DNA from: Candidatus Bathyarchaeia archaeon
GTDB taxonomy: Archaea; Thermoproteota; Bathyarchaeia; Bathyarchaeales; Bathycorpusculaceae
DNA length: 64,000 nt
Reading direction: 5' to 3'
Assembly (NCBI GenBank): GCA_038882975.1
Contig: JAVZNE010000001.1
Location: 184,620-248,619, forward strand
Position 1 is the stretch's first letter. Every line of letters starts with the position of its first letter. Below the pieces are notes generated by a model. It saw only the letters and a list, made by a program, of their open reading frames with translations, had not been told where the DNA came from and did no database searches. Positions 45,069 to 55,979 of this stretch are shown here, piece after piece. A program made the position numbers and the translations under genes.

Positions 45069-46565
45069 GTGTTGGAGGCTTCTGTGGAAAAGCTTGACGC
45101 CTTTTTTAATCCAAAGTCTGTGGCTGTTGTTGGCGCCACTAAAAAGATAAGCAAGGCTGGACACGTCATATTCAAAAATTTTGTGGAAAACAAGAGAAGA
45201 GGAGTTTTTAAGGGGGAGCTTTACCCCGTAAACCCCCACGAAGACTACATTTTGGGCTTTCAATGCTACCCAAAATTGACAAAAATCCCAGGAAAACTTG
45301 AACTCGCCGTCATAGTTGTTCCAGCTGAGATTGTCCCAGAAATAATGGAAGACGCCGCAGCCAAAAAAGTTGAAGCCGTCGTTATAATCAGCTCCGGCTT
45401 TGGAGAGATCGGAAACCACGAACTGGAAAAGAAAGTTATCGAAATAGCGAAAAGGGCGGGAATAAGGGTTCTAGGCCCCAACTGTCTAGGAGTCTACGAC
45501 TCAAAAACAGGCGTTGACATGCTCTTCCTACCAGAGACAAAGATTTTGACCACCGGTGAAGAAGTTATTGCAACACCTAGACCAATGAGGGGAAAAATAG
45601 CCATAGTAACCCAAAGCGGAGCCTTCGGAGTGGCAACCCTCGACTATCTGGCTGGCAAACAAATAGGCGTCAGCAAATTTGTAAGCTTCGGGAACAAGTG
45701 CGATGTGGATGAAGCAGAAATGCTCCACTACCTATACTATGACGACGAAACCAAGGTGATATTACTATACGTTGAAGACATAAAGAACGGGAAAGCCTTC
45801 ATCGAAGCTGCCTCAAAACTCACAAGAAAAAAGCCCATAATAGCCCTCAAAGCCGGCAAAACAGAAGCAGGAGCAAGAGCCGCCGCATCCCACACAGGCG
45901 CCATGGCAGGCTCAGACCAAATCTACAATGCCGCCTTCGCACAAACCGGAATTTTGAGAGTCAGAGATATGGAAGAATTTTTCGATGCGGCAAAAGCCTT
46001 CATCATGCAGCCACCAGCCGCTGGGAAAAACGTGGCAATAATAACAGATGCTGGCGGACCTGGAATATTGGCTGCTGACGAATGCGAAGTCCAAGGGTTA
46101 GTCGTCAAACGATTTTCTGAAAAAACTATCCAAAAATTTGAAAAACTCAAAAAGGAGGGAAAACTCCCGAAATTTGCAACGAACCTAAATCCTGTTGACG
46201 TGACTGGTTCTGCTACCTCTGAAATGTTCGAGTTGGCAGCTGACATAGTCTTCCAAGATCCAGAAATTCACGGAGTACTACTTCTCGGGCTGCATCACAC
46301 ACCCGGACTGCAAGAAGATTATATAGATAGGGTGACGAAGGTTGCCAGCAAATACGAGAAGCCCATTGTTGCATGCGACATAGGCGAAACTGAAATGGCG
46401 TTACACATCCGCTCAAGATTCGAAAAGCTTGGAATCCCGGCGTACTCTTCACCAGAGGATGCGGCAAGAGCCATGAGCGCCCTCGCAAGATACGGATTAT
46501 ACTTGAAAAAGAAAGGATACTTTCAGGAGTATCTGCACAATTTCTTCAGAGAAAAGCGTAGATGA
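45069..46565 (+). CDS. acdA: acetate--CoA ligase (ADP-forming) alpha subunit / CoA-binding domain protein
   Basis: FFNPKSVAVVGAT.K CoA-binding start, GPNCLGV, and the phosphohistidine block ASHTGAMAG. Confidence 0.85.
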   Translation: MLEASVEKLDAFFNPKSVAVVGATKKISKAGHVIFKNFVENKRRGVFKGELYPVNPHEDYILGFQCYPKLTKIPGKLELAVIVVPAEIVPEIMEDAAAKKVEAVVIISSGFGEIGNHELEKKVIEIAKRAGIRVLGPNCLGVYDSKTGVDMLFLPETKILTTGEEVIATPRPMRGKIAIVTQSGAFGVATLDYLAGKQIGVSKFVSFGNKCDVDEAEMLHYLYYDDETKVILLYVEDIKNGKAFIEAASKLTRKKPIIALKAGKTEAGARAAASHTGAMAGSDQIYNAAFAQTGILRVRDMEEFFDAAKAFIMQPPAAGKNVAIITDAGGPGILAADECEVQGLVVKRFSEKTIQKFEKLKKEGKLPKFATNLNPVDVTGSATSEMFELAADIVFQDPEIHGVLLLGLHHTPGLQEDYIDRVTKVASKYEKPIVACDIGETEMALHIRSRFEKLGIPAYSSPEDAARAMSALARYGLYLKKKGYFQEYLHNFFREKRR

Positions 46566-46567
46566 AC

Positions 46568-46984
46568 CTATTCGAGGGCTATCCAAACTTCCAATTCATC
46601 GCCATCTTTAAGCTTTAATTTTTCCCTCAAATTTGAAGGAGCAACAATTTCTAAAACATCTTTGGGATAGTTTTCTACGCATGGCAGTGCAACGGCACAT
46701 GCCACATCACGCCCGATGTACGCCCTAAAACATTTTCCTCTGCAGTATCCTAGTTCCGGTAAAATCTCGATGGCTTTAACATTTTCCAGCAGTTTCCTAC
46801 CTTCCACATACTCGCCAGCCAGTTTCAAGTTTAGCGTCCCAGGATAAGGAACAAAACCAAGCTTTTCCTTTATCTGCCGTTTGACCCATGGAAGTGCGGT
46901 GAAGAATGAGCCTTCACCGGAGCCGGAGACAATTTTCCCTTTCACATGAACTCCTTTCGTTGACAATTTGTTTTCTTCCGTCAT
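46568..46984 (-). CDS. ribK: CTP-dependent riboflavin kinase (archaeal)
   Basis: GKIVSGSGEGSFF...LGFVPYPGTLNLKL matches the archaeal RibK signature. Confidence 0.8.
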   Translation of the reverse strand: MTEENKLSTKGVHVKGKIVSGSGEGSFFTALPWVKRQIKEKLGFVPYPGTLNLKLAGEYVEGRKLLENVKAIEILPELGYCRGKCFRAYIGRDVACAVALPCVENYPKDVLEIVAPSNLREKLKLKDGDELEVWIALE

Positions 46985-47003
46985 GAACGTTTTCCAGTTT
47001 AGC

Positions 47004-47378
47004 TTATGTTTTACTTTGTTCTTTCAGCCAGTTTGCAACTTTACGAAACATAGGATTTGACGACATATCTATAACTGGTACTATTATTTTTTCCCTAGTC
47101 TCAATTAGTGGCTGGTATTTTGGCATAAGAGAGTACCCGACAAAAGTCCAGTAAACCCTCTTATTTTCAACAAGCGCCTTTGCAGCGGTTTCCGTCGTTG
47201 CTGGAAGCGGGAAATAAAGGAATAAGACGCCTTCAGCCCAGTATAAGCCTGCTGTCTTTCCGCCTGCTATAATTGAGGCGAATCTTGCAATGTCTTCCGG
47301 CGATGTAAAAAAGTTGCGTTCCATAATGACGATCTCCTTAAAAGGTTCGAATTTTACGTCTACTTCGCCCTCAGCCAT
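47004..47378 (-). CDS. hypothetical protein
   Basis: 124-aa ORF with normal composition. It is co-directional with ribK at a 19-nt gap. No motif recognised. Confidence 0.4.
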   Translation of the reverse strand: MAEGEVDVKFEPFKEIVIMERNFFTSPEDIARFASIIAGGKTAGLYWAEGVLFLYFPLPATTETAAKALVENKRVYWTFVGYSLMPKYQPLIETREKIIVPVIDMSSNPMFRKVANWLKEQSKT

Positions 47379-47503
47379 AAACCTTCGCCTTTCTGATAGT
47401 TTTGTTAAAGGTTCCCTTTTAATCTTGCCATAAACCAGAAAAGGTTATAGAGCACAAAAGCTAAACCCATCCAATCACAAGCCATCAAAAGAGGGAGCTA
47501 AGC

Positions 47504-48583
47504 TTGACTGAAATTCGCGTAGCAATAGTTGGCGTTGGCAATTCAGCATCAGCCCTAATCCAAGGAGTGGAATACTACAAAAACGTAAAAGAAGGCGAAA
47601 CAGTCCCGGGGTTAATGCACGTGAACTTTGGCGGATACCACGTCAGAGACATAAAGTTCGTTGCAGCTTTCGACGTAGACAAAAACAAAATTGGAAAGGA
47701 CTTGGCTGAAGCCATATTCACCAAACCTAACTGCTGCGCCAAATTTGCGGACGTGCCACCACTAGGCGTGGAAGTCTCGCCGGGACCAGTTCTAGATGGA
47801 GTGGCAAAACACATGAGGAAGCCTTTCAATGTTTACAGCGAAAACGAAGTTAAACCAGCGGACGTTGCAGGCGTCCTAAAAGAGGCTGATGCGGAAATCC
47901 TTATCAACTATCTGCCTGTTGGAAGCCACAATGCCACATGCTTTTACGCCCAAGCTGCTTTGGATGCTGGATGCGCCTTCATAAACTGCATACCAGAGTT
48001 TATTGCCTCAGACCCCTTATGGAGCCGCAAATTTGAGGAGCAGGGTCTTCCGGTGGCAGGTGACGACATTAAAAGCCAGCTTGGCGCAACAATACTCCAC
48101 AGAAATCTTGTGCGGTTATGCGTCGACAGAGGCGTAATCGTCGACGAAACATACCAGCTGAACTTAGGCGGAGACACAGACTTCCTAAACATGACAGTAG
48201 AAGAACGCCTAAAAACAAAACGTATAAGCAAGACAGAAGCCGTTAAAAGCTTAGTGCCATACGATCTGCCAACCCGCATAGGACCATCAGACTATGTGCC
48301 TTTTCTGGGGAACAAAAAGATATGTTATATATGGCTTAAGGGGAGGAAGTTTGGCGATAGACCCTTAACAATAACCGTTAAGCTGGAGGTGGAAGATTCG
48401 CCCAACAGTGCCGGAGTGGTCATAGACGTGATAAGAGCTGTGAAATTGGCATTAGACAGAAAAATAGCCGGACCATTAATAAGCATATCATCATATGCCT
48501 TCAAACACCCACCAGTGCAAGTTCCAGACCCAGTCGCAAAAGAATGGGTGGAAGAATATATTAAGGGCAAGCGAGAACGCTAA
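47504..48583 (+). CDS. ino1: myo-inositol-1-phosphate synthase
   Basis: [18 protein letters not shown] Rossmann start, the [11 protein letters not shown] block and the short archaeal MIPS length. Confidence 0.85.
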   Translation: MTEIRVAIVGVGNSASALIQGVEYYKNVKEGETVPGLMHVNFGGYHVRDIKFVAAFDVDKNKIGKDLAEAIFTKPNCCAKFADVPPLGVEVSPGPVLDGVAKHMRKPFNVYSENEVKPADVAGVLKEADAEILINYLPVGSHNATCFYAQAALDAGCAFINCIPEFIASDPLWSRKFEEQGLPVAGDDIKSQLGATILHRNLVRLCVDRGVIVDETYQLNLGGDTDFLNMTVEERLKTKRISKTEAVKSLVPYDLPTRIGPSDYVPFLGNKKICYIWLKGRKFGDRPLTITVKLEVEDSPNSAGVVIDVIRAVKLALDRKIAGPLISISSYAFKHPPVQVPDPVAKEWVEEYIKGKRER

Positions 48584-48589
48584 AAGAAT

Positions 48590-48844
48590 TTAGTCTAGCT
48601 TCTCCAAAACAGAAAGAACACCACAAACGGCTGAAATCCACCTTAAATAGGCGTTTAAGGCCGCCCGCAAAGCCACAGTATCCCTCGCCTCAACGGCCAA
48701 AACCAGAAAAGCATTTTCAATTTTCAAGTTTGCTTTGGAGCGTGTTGTGGCTGGCTTAGCAGTTTCAGGCATGAGCGCCCTATAAACAATTTTCAAATCC
48801 CTTTTTGAAGGAAGTTTTAGGCGAATAACAGCTTTAGCCTTCAT
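48590..48844 (-). CDS. pcc1: KEOPS complex subunit Pcc1
   Basis: 84 aa. The C-terminal ARDTVALRAALNAYLRWI matches the Pcc1/CTAG motif as recalled. Confidence 0.65.
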   Translation of the reverse strand: MKAKAVIRLKLPSKRDLKIVYRALMPETAKPATTRSKANLKIENAFLVLAVEARDTVALRAALNAYLRWISAVCGVLSVLEKLD

Positions 48845-49397
48845 GACCCGTCAAGTCCCAGATAAGATGAGATATTCTCATCCTTGGACCTATTTCCACA
48901 TTTTCTGGAAGAAGCCTAAAAGTCGCCACTATTTCCCCTGCCGGATTAATGGTTGTTTGCATTATGGCACTATAGCCCCTATACTCATCCTCGCTAGAGA
49001 CTACGGGAACACCGAAGAACTCTGATAATGCCTTTTCCAGCCTACCAACTTCTTGAGATTGTTTTGGCGATGATACTATAGCAACGGATTTTATTCTCCT
49101 CCCTCTTGGCATGGTTTGAAATTCTCTGCGAAGCTTTACACCCCTTAAATATACCAGTGGAGGTATTGGTTGCAGCTTGCCGTTCACACGATAAAGTTCT
49201 ATTTTTCCAGGACCGCCCTTCCAACGGTCAACAATAACCGCTTTTTCTGCGCCGAACTCTAAGGCTTTTGCCGCCACACTTTCAAGGCTCAATTTTCCAC
49301 GGTTTATCCTCAAAATGTTTGGAAAGGTATGCGAAAGGTCTTTGCAAAAGGTTCTTATGCCCTTTGTTGGTCTCCGCGAGGTAGTTAGAAGTATCAA
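48834..49397 (-). CDS. Brix-domain ribosome biogenesis protein
   Basis: MILLTTSRRPTKGIRTFCKDL start is typical of archaeal Brix/Imp4-like proteins. Confidence 0.75.
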   Translation of the reverse strand: MILLTTSRRPTKGIRTFCKDLSHTFPNILRINRGKLSLESVAAKALEFGAEKAVIVDRWKGGPGKIELYRVNGKLQPIPPLVYLRGVKLRREFQTMPRGRRIKSVAIVSSPKQSQEVGRLEKALSEFFGVPVVSSEDEYRGYSAIMQTTINPAGEIVATFRLLPENVEIGPRMRISHLIWDLTGHEG

Positions 49398-49406
49398 GAT
49401 TTCAGC

Positions 49407-49724
49407 CTATTCTTCTCCCGTTTCCGCTGCTGTTGAAGCCTCAACCTCTTCTACAGGAGCCCCTTTAGCAACACGCTTAGCCACTACGCCAAGCTTTGTT
49501 GTTGGAGTGTAGGCGCCGCCGGTGAAGGTAAAGCCGCATTTTCTGCACTTCCAAACACCCACGCTCACCCGTTTAACTCTTGGAAGCCCGCATTGAGGAC
49601 ACTTGTGGCTCTTCTTCATTTCAGCAACTATTTTTATGTAGCGTTTTCTCACAGTAGCTCCATAACGGGGTCCTAAACCCCTTGTCGGACCAACCTTCTT
49701 TGTTCTTTTCCCCATCTTCACCAC
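49407..49724 (-). CDS. rpl37ae: 50S ribosomal protein L37Ae (L43e)
   Basis: GKRTKKVG..GPRYGATVRKR, Zn ribbon CPQCG...WKCRKCG..FTGGAYTP, and a short acidic tail. Confidence 0.9.
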   Translation of the reverse strand: MVKMGKRTKKVGPTRGLGPRYGATVRKRYIKIVAEMKKSHKCPQCGLPRVKRVSVGVWKCRKCGFTFTGGAYTPTTKLGVVAKRVAKGAPVEEVEASTAAETGEE

Positions 49725-50509
49725 CCTAGCTTCTTCCTAATTTCTACGGCTTTCTCTCTGGCAACTTGAACGGCCTCAAACACTTGCTTTGGCGTGAAGT
49801 ATCCGCTCCCACCCTTCTGAACAGCACATACGTTGCCGTCATCATCGATTGTTATGGTTAGCCGCGCATCCATAATCTGCTCCTCTTCAAGCCAAGGATC
49901 CACAACAAGTCTATCATTTATCTTCGCAAAGGTGACGGACACAGGATGTCTTCTCACCGGAAGCGCTGTATATCCGGGCTTAATTTTTATTTCGCCATCC
50001 TCAATTTCGTAATTAAACATTTTTGTATTGAGAAGCGCAGCCATGGCGGCTAACGATGATGCATCAATTAAGTTTCCATCGTGGTTAAGCACGTAAATGT
50101 CAACAAATATTACAAAGACCTTTTTGCCAGGTGTTATGCATAGCTTATCAAGTTCAACAGCTTTTGATTCTCTAATCCCTCGGTCTACAACTCTTGCTAA
50201 CTCTATCGAGTTTTCATCTGGAGGCCCAGGCTCAAATGTCGGCGAAGCCAAAGGCACGAGTTCAGCATTTACAGTTAAGACCCCCTCGTTTGGCGTGTCT
50301 GGAAACGGCTCCCCAGTTTCAATTTTAACTCCAACCATAACCTCCGTCTTTCCAAGGAGAGCCCTTGCGGAGCCCTCAGCCCTTTCAATTATACCCTGCT
50401 CCACCCTTATCTCTCTATAGTCATTTAGGCCCCTACCGTCAAGTCTTTTCCCTTTGGCGATTAATTGTGCAATCTGCTTCTGCTTTACACGGACAACAAT
50501 TGTTGACAT
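49718..50509 (-). CDS. rrp42: exosome complex component Rrp42
   Basis: RLDGRGLNDYREI..AEGSA..GKTEVMVGVK RNase-PH fold. Position downstream of rrp41. Confidence 0.9.
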   Translation of the reverse strand: MSTIVVRVKQKQIAQLIAKGKRLDGRGLNDYREIRVEQGIIERAEGSARALLGKTEVMVGVKIETGEPFPDTPNEGVLTVNAELVPLASPTFEPGPPDENSIELARVVDRGIRESKAVELDKLCITPGKKVFVIFVDIYVLNHDGNLIDASSLAAMAALLNTKMFNYEIEDGEIKIKPGYTALPVRRHPVSVTFAKINDRLVVDPWLEEEQIMDARLTITIDDDGNVCAVQKGGSGYFTPKQVFEAVQVAREKAVEIRKKLGW

Positions 50510-51243
50510 TACTCTTCAACCTCCTTAACGCTGACGTATTTCGCTTTTAAGGCTTCCTTCTGCATCGCATAGATTTTCTTACAACCTTCAATGGCGAGAT
50601 TAACAGCCTTCTCAAACTCCTCTGGCGTTAGAATCCCATCCATTTGTAGAAGTGTTATAACGCCCAAGTTCGGCATATAGGCCACTGGAACATCCGCCGA
50701 GCCAGCCTTATCCTCCACATCCATTAAGTCTAACACGATCGCGTCATCCACTTTTCCGGCTGAACAGGCAACAACTAAGTCGCGCATGGGTATGCCAGCA
50801 TCAGCCAAAGCTAATGACGCCGCTGTTATGCTCGTGCATCTTGTGCTTCCATCAGCTTGCAATACTTCAACAAAAACGTCGGTGGCCGTGCGCGGATAAT
50901 ACTCAACGAAGATGGCTGGCTCAATGGCTTCCCTAATAACTTTTGACAATTCTATTTCCCTTCTGGACGGGGCTGGCGATTTGCGTTCCTGAACTGAGAA
51001 GGGTGCCATGTGATAGCGGCATCTCAAAACCATACGGTCCGGCAAAGCCATGTGCTTTGGATGCAGTTCTTTCGGACCGTAAACAGCGGCCAAAATTTTA
51101 TTTTTCCCCTGTTCAATGTAGGCTGAACCGTCAGCGTTTGATAAGACGCCAACCTCAATTTTTATTGGTCTAAGCTCGTCCGGTTTTCTTCCATCAAGCC
51201 TTAAACCCTTCTTATCAATTAATTTTTCAGTTTTCTGACTCAT
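50509..51243 (-). CDS. rrp41: exosome complex exonuclease Rrp41
   Basis: [45 protein letters not shown], and a phosphate-binding block with ..DGSTR... Confidence 0.95.
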   Translation of the reverse strand: MSQKTEKLIDKKGLRLDGRKPDELRPIKIEVGVLSNADGSAYIEQGKNKILAAVYGPKELHPKHMALPDRMVLRCRYHMAPFSVQERKSPAPSRREIELSKVIREAIEPAIFVEYYPRTATDVFVEVLQADGSTRCTSITAASLALADAGIPMRDLVVACSAGKVDDAIVLDLMDVEDKAGSADVPVAYMPNLGVITLLQMDGILTPEEFEKAVNLAIEGCKKIYAMQKEALKAKYVSVKEVEE

Positions 51244-51244
51244 T

Positions 51245-51961
51245 TTAACTACCTCCTCTTTTCTCTTTTTCTTTCCTAATCATCTGTAAAATGCGGTCTG
51301 TCAATCCAGTTGTGTGGGACTCTTCCTCAATTTTGTGAATCGCCATCATAGCTAACTCCTCGTCTTCCAAACTTTTACCAGTGATAAGTATGATTCCATT
51401 ATGTCCCAATATTATGTGGCAGCCAGTTTCTTGCTTTATCATGGATATCATTGAGCCCTTTTTACCTATAACGCGAGGAATCTTCGTAGGCGTTATTTTC
51501 ACTATTTGCCCACGAGTGATTTTTCCAAGTCCAGGCTCATCAACGCTTAATTGTGGGTTGTGAGTTCTATCATAGGAGACTATTTTCGCCACAACGAGGT
51601 CTCCAACGTCTAACACTTCGGTCAAATCGTTTTTCTGAGGCTTAAATGGTCTATTAAGAACATCTGAAGCCCTTAATATTGCTAGGTACGGCGCATTAAT
51701 ATCAACGGTCCATCCGCTAAATCCAACTTCAACCACTGTTCCTATAACTGTGTCACCCATCCTTGGGATATAGAAGGCCCTTAGGGCAACAACGCTTACC
51801 TTTTTATCCTCGTACTCCACAAGCCCTATTCTCGCGGCATAAATTCTGTTGTCCTCCTTATACGTGTTTTCGCCAGCTATGTAGTCGCCTTCAGCAAGCA
51901 GGTCTCCGGGAGTCACAATCTGTCTTCTTTCAAAAAATGTCGGCATAAAACACACACTCAA
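51245..51961 (-). CDS. rrp4: exosome complex RNA-binding protein Rrp4 (S1 + KH)
   Basis: VTPGD N-terminal domain, S1-like [11 protein letters not shown], and KH Gxx[17 protein letters not shown]. Confidence 0.9.
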   Translation of the reverse strand: MSVCFMPTFFERRQIVTPGDLLAEGDYIAGENTYKEDNRIYAARIGLVEYEDKKVSVVALRAFYIPRMGDTVIGTVVEVGFSGWTVDINAPYLAILRASDVLNRPFKPQKNDLTEVLDVGDLVVAKIVSYDRTHNPQLSVDEPGLGKITRGQIVKITPTKIPRVIGKKGSMISMIKQETGCHIILGHNGIILITGKSLEDEELAMMAIHKIEEESHTTGLTDRILQMIRKEKEKRGGS

Positions 51962-51976
51962 AATTTAAACCATAGA

Positions 51977-52690
51977 TTAGGATATTACTTTCGCCTCAGC
52001 GTTTCCCTTCGTTACCTCTCCAATTTTCTCGAGGAATGGCCCATAAAGGCCAGCGGGCATTTCAAGAACCCCATGCCATGAGCCGTCTGCCCGCCATTCC
52101 TCACGTTTTATCGTCCCAAAGGCTTTTAGAGTCCCATAAGCCCTTGCCGCATATTCGGCTGGTATTTGCACACTGACGGAAACCTGCTCCATTTTTAGTG
52201 GCAGAATCTGCCTTAGCAACTTTATTACCTCTCTTGCCTGCTCCTCCGTAGGCTTAAAGGGGTCTATTGAATAATGGATTTGCTCCATGGCTTGCTCAAT
52301 GCGCATTGGTGGATGGGGAAGATTTGTCCTCGGGTCTACACACTGCTTTGATATGAAGGCTATTATTTGCCTCCGCTTTTCTTCAATCATTTTTCTGCGC
52401 TGCTCCGTTGTGAGTTGTAATGTGCCCCTTTTTATGATTATGTCCGCCACTTTAAGCGGGTCTGTTGTTCCAAATGCTTTGCGTATAGCTTCTTCGGAAA
52501 CTTTTGTGCCCTTGCTCGCATCTGAAAAAATCGTCTCTGCCACTAAAACTTCTGTTATTGAGGATATTTTGCCCAACCGATAATCAAGCGCCTTATCTGG
52601 CTTAACAAGAACCTCGAAATGCTCATTATCCTTTGTAATACGTGCAACAGTATATTTTTCACTCATTCCCTCTTCACTTGCCTGAAACAA
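51977..52690 (-). CDS. sdo1: ribosome maturation protein SDO1 (SBDS family)
   Basis: VARITKDNEHFEVLVKPDKALDYRLGK FYSH-domain start. Conserved position between psmA and rrp4. Confidence 0.85.
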   Translation of the reverse strand: MFQASEEGMSEKYTVARITKDNEHFEVLVKPDKALDYRLGKISSITEVLVAETIFSDASKGTKVSEEAIRKAFGTTDPLKVADIIIKRGTLQLTTEQRRKMIEEKRRQIIAFISKQCVDPRTNLPHPPMRIEQAMEQIHYSIDPFKPTEEQAREVIKLLRQILPLKMEQVSVSVQIPAEYAARAYGTLKAFGTIKREEWRADGSWHGVLEMPAGLYGPFLEKIGEVTKGNAEAKVIS

Positions 52691-53417
52691 GCTTCTTCAC
52701 ATAACCCTCAATTTTCTCGTCGCTGAGCATCTCCATCTTCTTTGTCGCCGATGGAATAACGGCAATCTTTATCCTTGGCGGAAGCTGCCTAGCCTCAAGA
52801 GCCTTAACCAAACATTTAACTGCAAGCTTTATGGCGTCTTCGATGCCCATGTCCTCCCGGTACTCTTCCTTCAAAATATTCATCACCGTCTCTCTTCCCG
52901 CGCCAACAGCCGTGGCTTTATGTCCCTTATATGTTCCGCTGGGATGTGTTATGAAAAGGCGGTTTCCAGTCTTATCAACCCCTCCGAATATTAATGAGAC
53001 ACCAAAGGGTCTTACACCAGCATGCTGCGTGTAAAGCTGTTGTATGTCGCATATACGTTTAGTCACAACCTCAACGTCTATTGGCTCATCATAGGTTAAC
53101 CTATTACTCTGTGCATAAATCCGCGCTTGGTCTATCAAAACTCTTGCATCAGAGCTTAAACCGACTATCGCCGCACCAATATGCTCGTCAATTTTGAAAA
53201 TCTTCCACGAAGAACCTGTTTCCTCAAGGGGCTCAACAGTTTCCTCAGCCCCCAAAACAACCCCTTCAGAACACTTTATCCCCAAAATCGTTGCTCCACG
53301 ATTAACAAGTTCCATGGCATACTCAACTTGAAAAAGCCTCCCATCTGGTGAAAAGACGGTTATAGCACGGTCATATGCTCCCGGAGCTGCAAACACTGAC
53401 ATCAACATCAACCTCAC
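52674..53417 (-). CDS. psmA: proteasome subunit alpha
   Basis: YDRAITVFSPDGRLFQVEYA signature. Confidence 0.95.
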   Translation of the reverse strand: MRLMLMSVFAAPGAYDRAITVFSPDGRLFQVEYAMELVNRGATILGIKCSEGVVLGAEETVEPLEETGSSWKIFKIDEHIGAAIVGLSSDARVLIDQARIYAQSNRLTYDEPIDVEVVTKRICDIQQLYTQHAGVRPFGVSLIFGGVDKTGNRLFITHPSGTYKGHKATAVGAGRETVMNILKEEYREDMGIEDAIKLAVKCLVKALEARQLPPRIKIAVIPSATKKMEMLSDEKIEGYVKKLVSGK

Positions 53418-53550
53418 GTTTTACACTAACTAAACACTTGCAGAACACTCATATAACAACTTAACTAAAAACCTTTTCCTAAAACCTTTTAGTTGAGCAA
53501 AATGTTACCTTTATAAACTCTCCATAGAATAAGGTTAAGATTGAATTAAT

Positions 53551-54651
53551 ATGGGAATCTTCACTGAAAGAATAGAAAAGTTAAAGGAGCTTGGCAGAAA
53601 AGCCGGGATAAACGCCTTTATGATAACCACTAAGGAAAACATGAGGTATTTTACCGGCTTATCCGTTTTGTCGATAGAGAGGTTTGCAGCCATAATTGTT
53701 CCCGTTGAAAAAGGCAATCCTATAATTATAGTTCCTAAACTTGAGGTGGAGAAAGCAAAAACGCAAACAACCCTAAACGACATAAGGAGTTATAGTGATT
53801 CAGAAAATCCCGCAGTCTTGCTTAAGAAGGTCGTAAGGGAGCTTAGCCTAGAAAAAGCTGTTTTCGGGGTTGAGGCAACTTTACCCTTTAAGTTTTACAA
53901 GATGCTTATGGACATCTCGCCAAAAATACAAGCTAAAGATGTATCGGCATTCTTCAACCAGCTCAGAAGCATAAAATCCGATAAAGAATTACAACTAATA
54001 AAGAGGGCTGCTAAAATTGTGGCAGCTGGGATAATGGCTGGAATTGAATCCATCAAATCCGGCGTTAGTGAGCTGACCGTTTCATCTAAAATAGAGCAAA
54101 CTATAAAGGAGCACGGCGGTGAAAGTGTTCCTTTTTGCATAGTTTTATCAGGAGAAAACACGGCTCTTCCTCACGGAGAAACTTCGCTTAGAAAAATTTC
54201 GGCAAGGGATGTTGTTTTAATGGATGTAGGAGCAGTTTACAATGGCTATTATGCAGATCTTACCCGCACTATTTTTGTTGGAAGGGCAACGATGAGACAG
54301 CGGGAGATCTACGAAATAGTAGCTGAAGCTCAAAAAGAAGCTATTCAAACTGTAAAACCAAACGTGAAAGCCGAGGAAATAGATTATGCGGCGAGAAAAA
54401 TTATAGAGGAAGCGGGCTACGGAGAATACTTTACCCATCGAGCTGGTCACGGATTGGGGTTAGAGGTACACGAAGAGCCATATATAGTGCAGGGAAATAA
54501 AACCAAATTAAAACCTGGGATGACATTTACAATTGAGCCAGGCATATATCTTCCCAGAAAATTTGGGGTTAGAATAGAAGATGATGTTGCGGTGACGGAA
54601 AAATCTGGAAAACTCTTAAGCACCCTCGGGAAAGAGATGATGATTGTTTAA
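53551..54651 (+). CDS. pepQ: M24-family Xaa-Pro peptidase
   Basis: Metal-ligand blocks MDVGAVYNGYYADLTRT, HGLGLEVHE, FTIEPGIY and VRIED. Confidence 0.85.
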   Translation: MGIFTERIEKLKELGRKAGINAFMITTKENMRYFTGLSVLSIERFAAIIVPVEKGNPIIIVPKLEVEKAKTQTTLNDIRSYSDSENPAVLLKKVVRELSLEKAVFGVEATLPFKFYKMLMDISPKIQAKDVSAFFNQLRSIKSDKELQLIKRAAKIVAAGIMAGIESIKSGVSELTVSSKIEQTIKEHGGESVPFCIVLSGENTALPHGETSLRKISARDVVLMDVGAVYNGYYADLTRTIFVGRATMRQREIYEIVAEAQKEAIQTVKPNVKAEEIDYAARKIIEEAGYGEYFTHRAGHGLGLEVHEEPYIVQGNKTKLKPGMTFTIEPGIYLPRKFGVRIEDDVAVTEKSGKLLSTLGKEMMIV

Positions 54652-54800
54652 GGCCAACTCCTCTGTATTTGCCATTCATATTTGCTATAATTCATCTTGA
54701 GCGAAGAGAACATTAGGTAATCGCCAAGTTTATATTACCCACTAATATTCTATTCAACGGCACTATATTGGTTTGCACTCTTAATGGGGCGTCCGGATAA

Positions 54801-55616
54801 GTGGAGATTGAGGTACTTGAAAGAGACGATAAGAACTTGCGCTTGCTAATAAGGGGAGTTGACACTCCGTTTGTTAACGCTTTAAGAAGGAATGTTATCG
54901 CCGAAGTTCCATGCATGGCAATAGATGATGTTGTGATTATTGAGAATTCCTCTGTTTTTCACGATGAAATCATAGCCCATAGACTTGGGTTAATCCCATT
55001 AAAAACCGACCTTGACAGCTACAACCTTCCAGATGAGTGCCCATGTAAAAGCGAATTTGGATGCAACCTATGCAGAGTTACGCTTACATTGGATAGGGAG
55101 GCAAAGGAAGGAACAATAACGGTTTACTCTGGAGAGCTTGTTTCTGAAAACCCAAACATTGTTCCCGTCAGCGACAAAATCCCAATAGTTAAGCTTGCAA
55201 AGGGACAAAAGTTGAGGCTTGAAGCCTACGCAAGGCTTGGGAAGGGGAAGAGCCACGCCAAGTGGCAGCCGGTTTCCCTTTGCTCATACAAGTATCTGCC
55301 ACAAATAGGAATAAACGGCGAAAGCTGTGATGCTTGCGGGAAATGTGTGGAAGTATGCCCGAGAAAGGTTCTGGCAAAGCATGAAGGAAAAATAGAAGTT
55401 CGCAACTTGTTCGCCTGCACTCTATGCCGAGATTGTATGGACGTTTGTCCAAAACAACCATCAGCCATAAAGGTTGATTGGGAAAAGAACGCTTTTATAT
55501 TTAGCATCGAATCAACGGGCGTACTACCACCAGAGAGAATCATTATGGAAGCTGTAAAAATTTTGGATAAAGACCTTAATGAGTTGGCAAAACAGATTGA
55601 GGTGCAAAAGGCTTGA
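54801..55616 (+). CDS. rpoD: DNA-directed RNA polymerase subunit D (with 4Fe-4S-type domain)
   Basis: GVDTPFVNALRRNVIAEVP, AHRLGLIPL, ferredoxin-like CDACGKCVEVCP and C..CRDCMDVCP. GTG start. Confidence 0.9.
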   Translation: MEIEVLERDDKNLRLLIRGVDTPFVNALRRNVIAEVPCMAIDDVVIIENSSVFHDEIIAHRLGLIPLKTDLDSYNLPDECPCKSEFGCNLCRVTLTLDREAKEGTITVYSGELVSENPNIVPVSDKIPIVKLAKGQKLRLEAYARLGKGKSHAKWQPVSLCSYKYLPQIGINGESCDACGKCVEVCPRKVLAKHEGKIEVRNLFACTLCRDCMDVCPKQPSAIKVDWEKNAFIFSIESTGVLPPERIIMEAVKILDKDLNELAKQIEVQKA

Positions 55617-55975
55617 GGAAAGTTAAGGCGACAAACCCGGAACTTGTCGAAACTATACGTTTCTTGAAAAAGCAGAGCAAGGAAAGCAAGGCAAAAATTT
55701 GGAGAAGCATTGCTGAGCTATTGGCTAAGTCTAGAAGAAAGCGCATAGCTGTAAACATCAGCCGACTGAATAGATACACGGCGAAAAATGAAACGGTAGT
55801 TGTTCCAGGTAAGGTGCTTGGCGCTGGCGAACTAAACCATCCAGTAACTGTTGCAGCTTTCGCCTTTTCGCAGAAAGCACAAGAAAAAATAAAGAATGCA
55901 CGAGGAAAATGCCTATCCATAATCGAGCTTGTTAAGAAAAATCCTAAAGGTTCAAAAGTTAAGATTATAGGGTGA
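55613..55975 (+). CDS. rpl18e: 50S ribosomal protein L18e
   Basis: TNPELVETIRFLKK..IWRSIAELL..RRKRIAVNISRL..VVVPGKVLG. The start overlaps the rpoD stop. Confidence 0.9.
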   Translation: MRKVKATNPELVETIRFLKKQSKESKAKIWRSIAELLAKSRRKRIAVNISRLNRYTAKNETVVVPGKVLGAGELNHPVTVAAFAFSQKAQEKIKNARGKCLSIIELVKKNPKGSKVKIIG

Positions 55976-55979
55976 AAAA

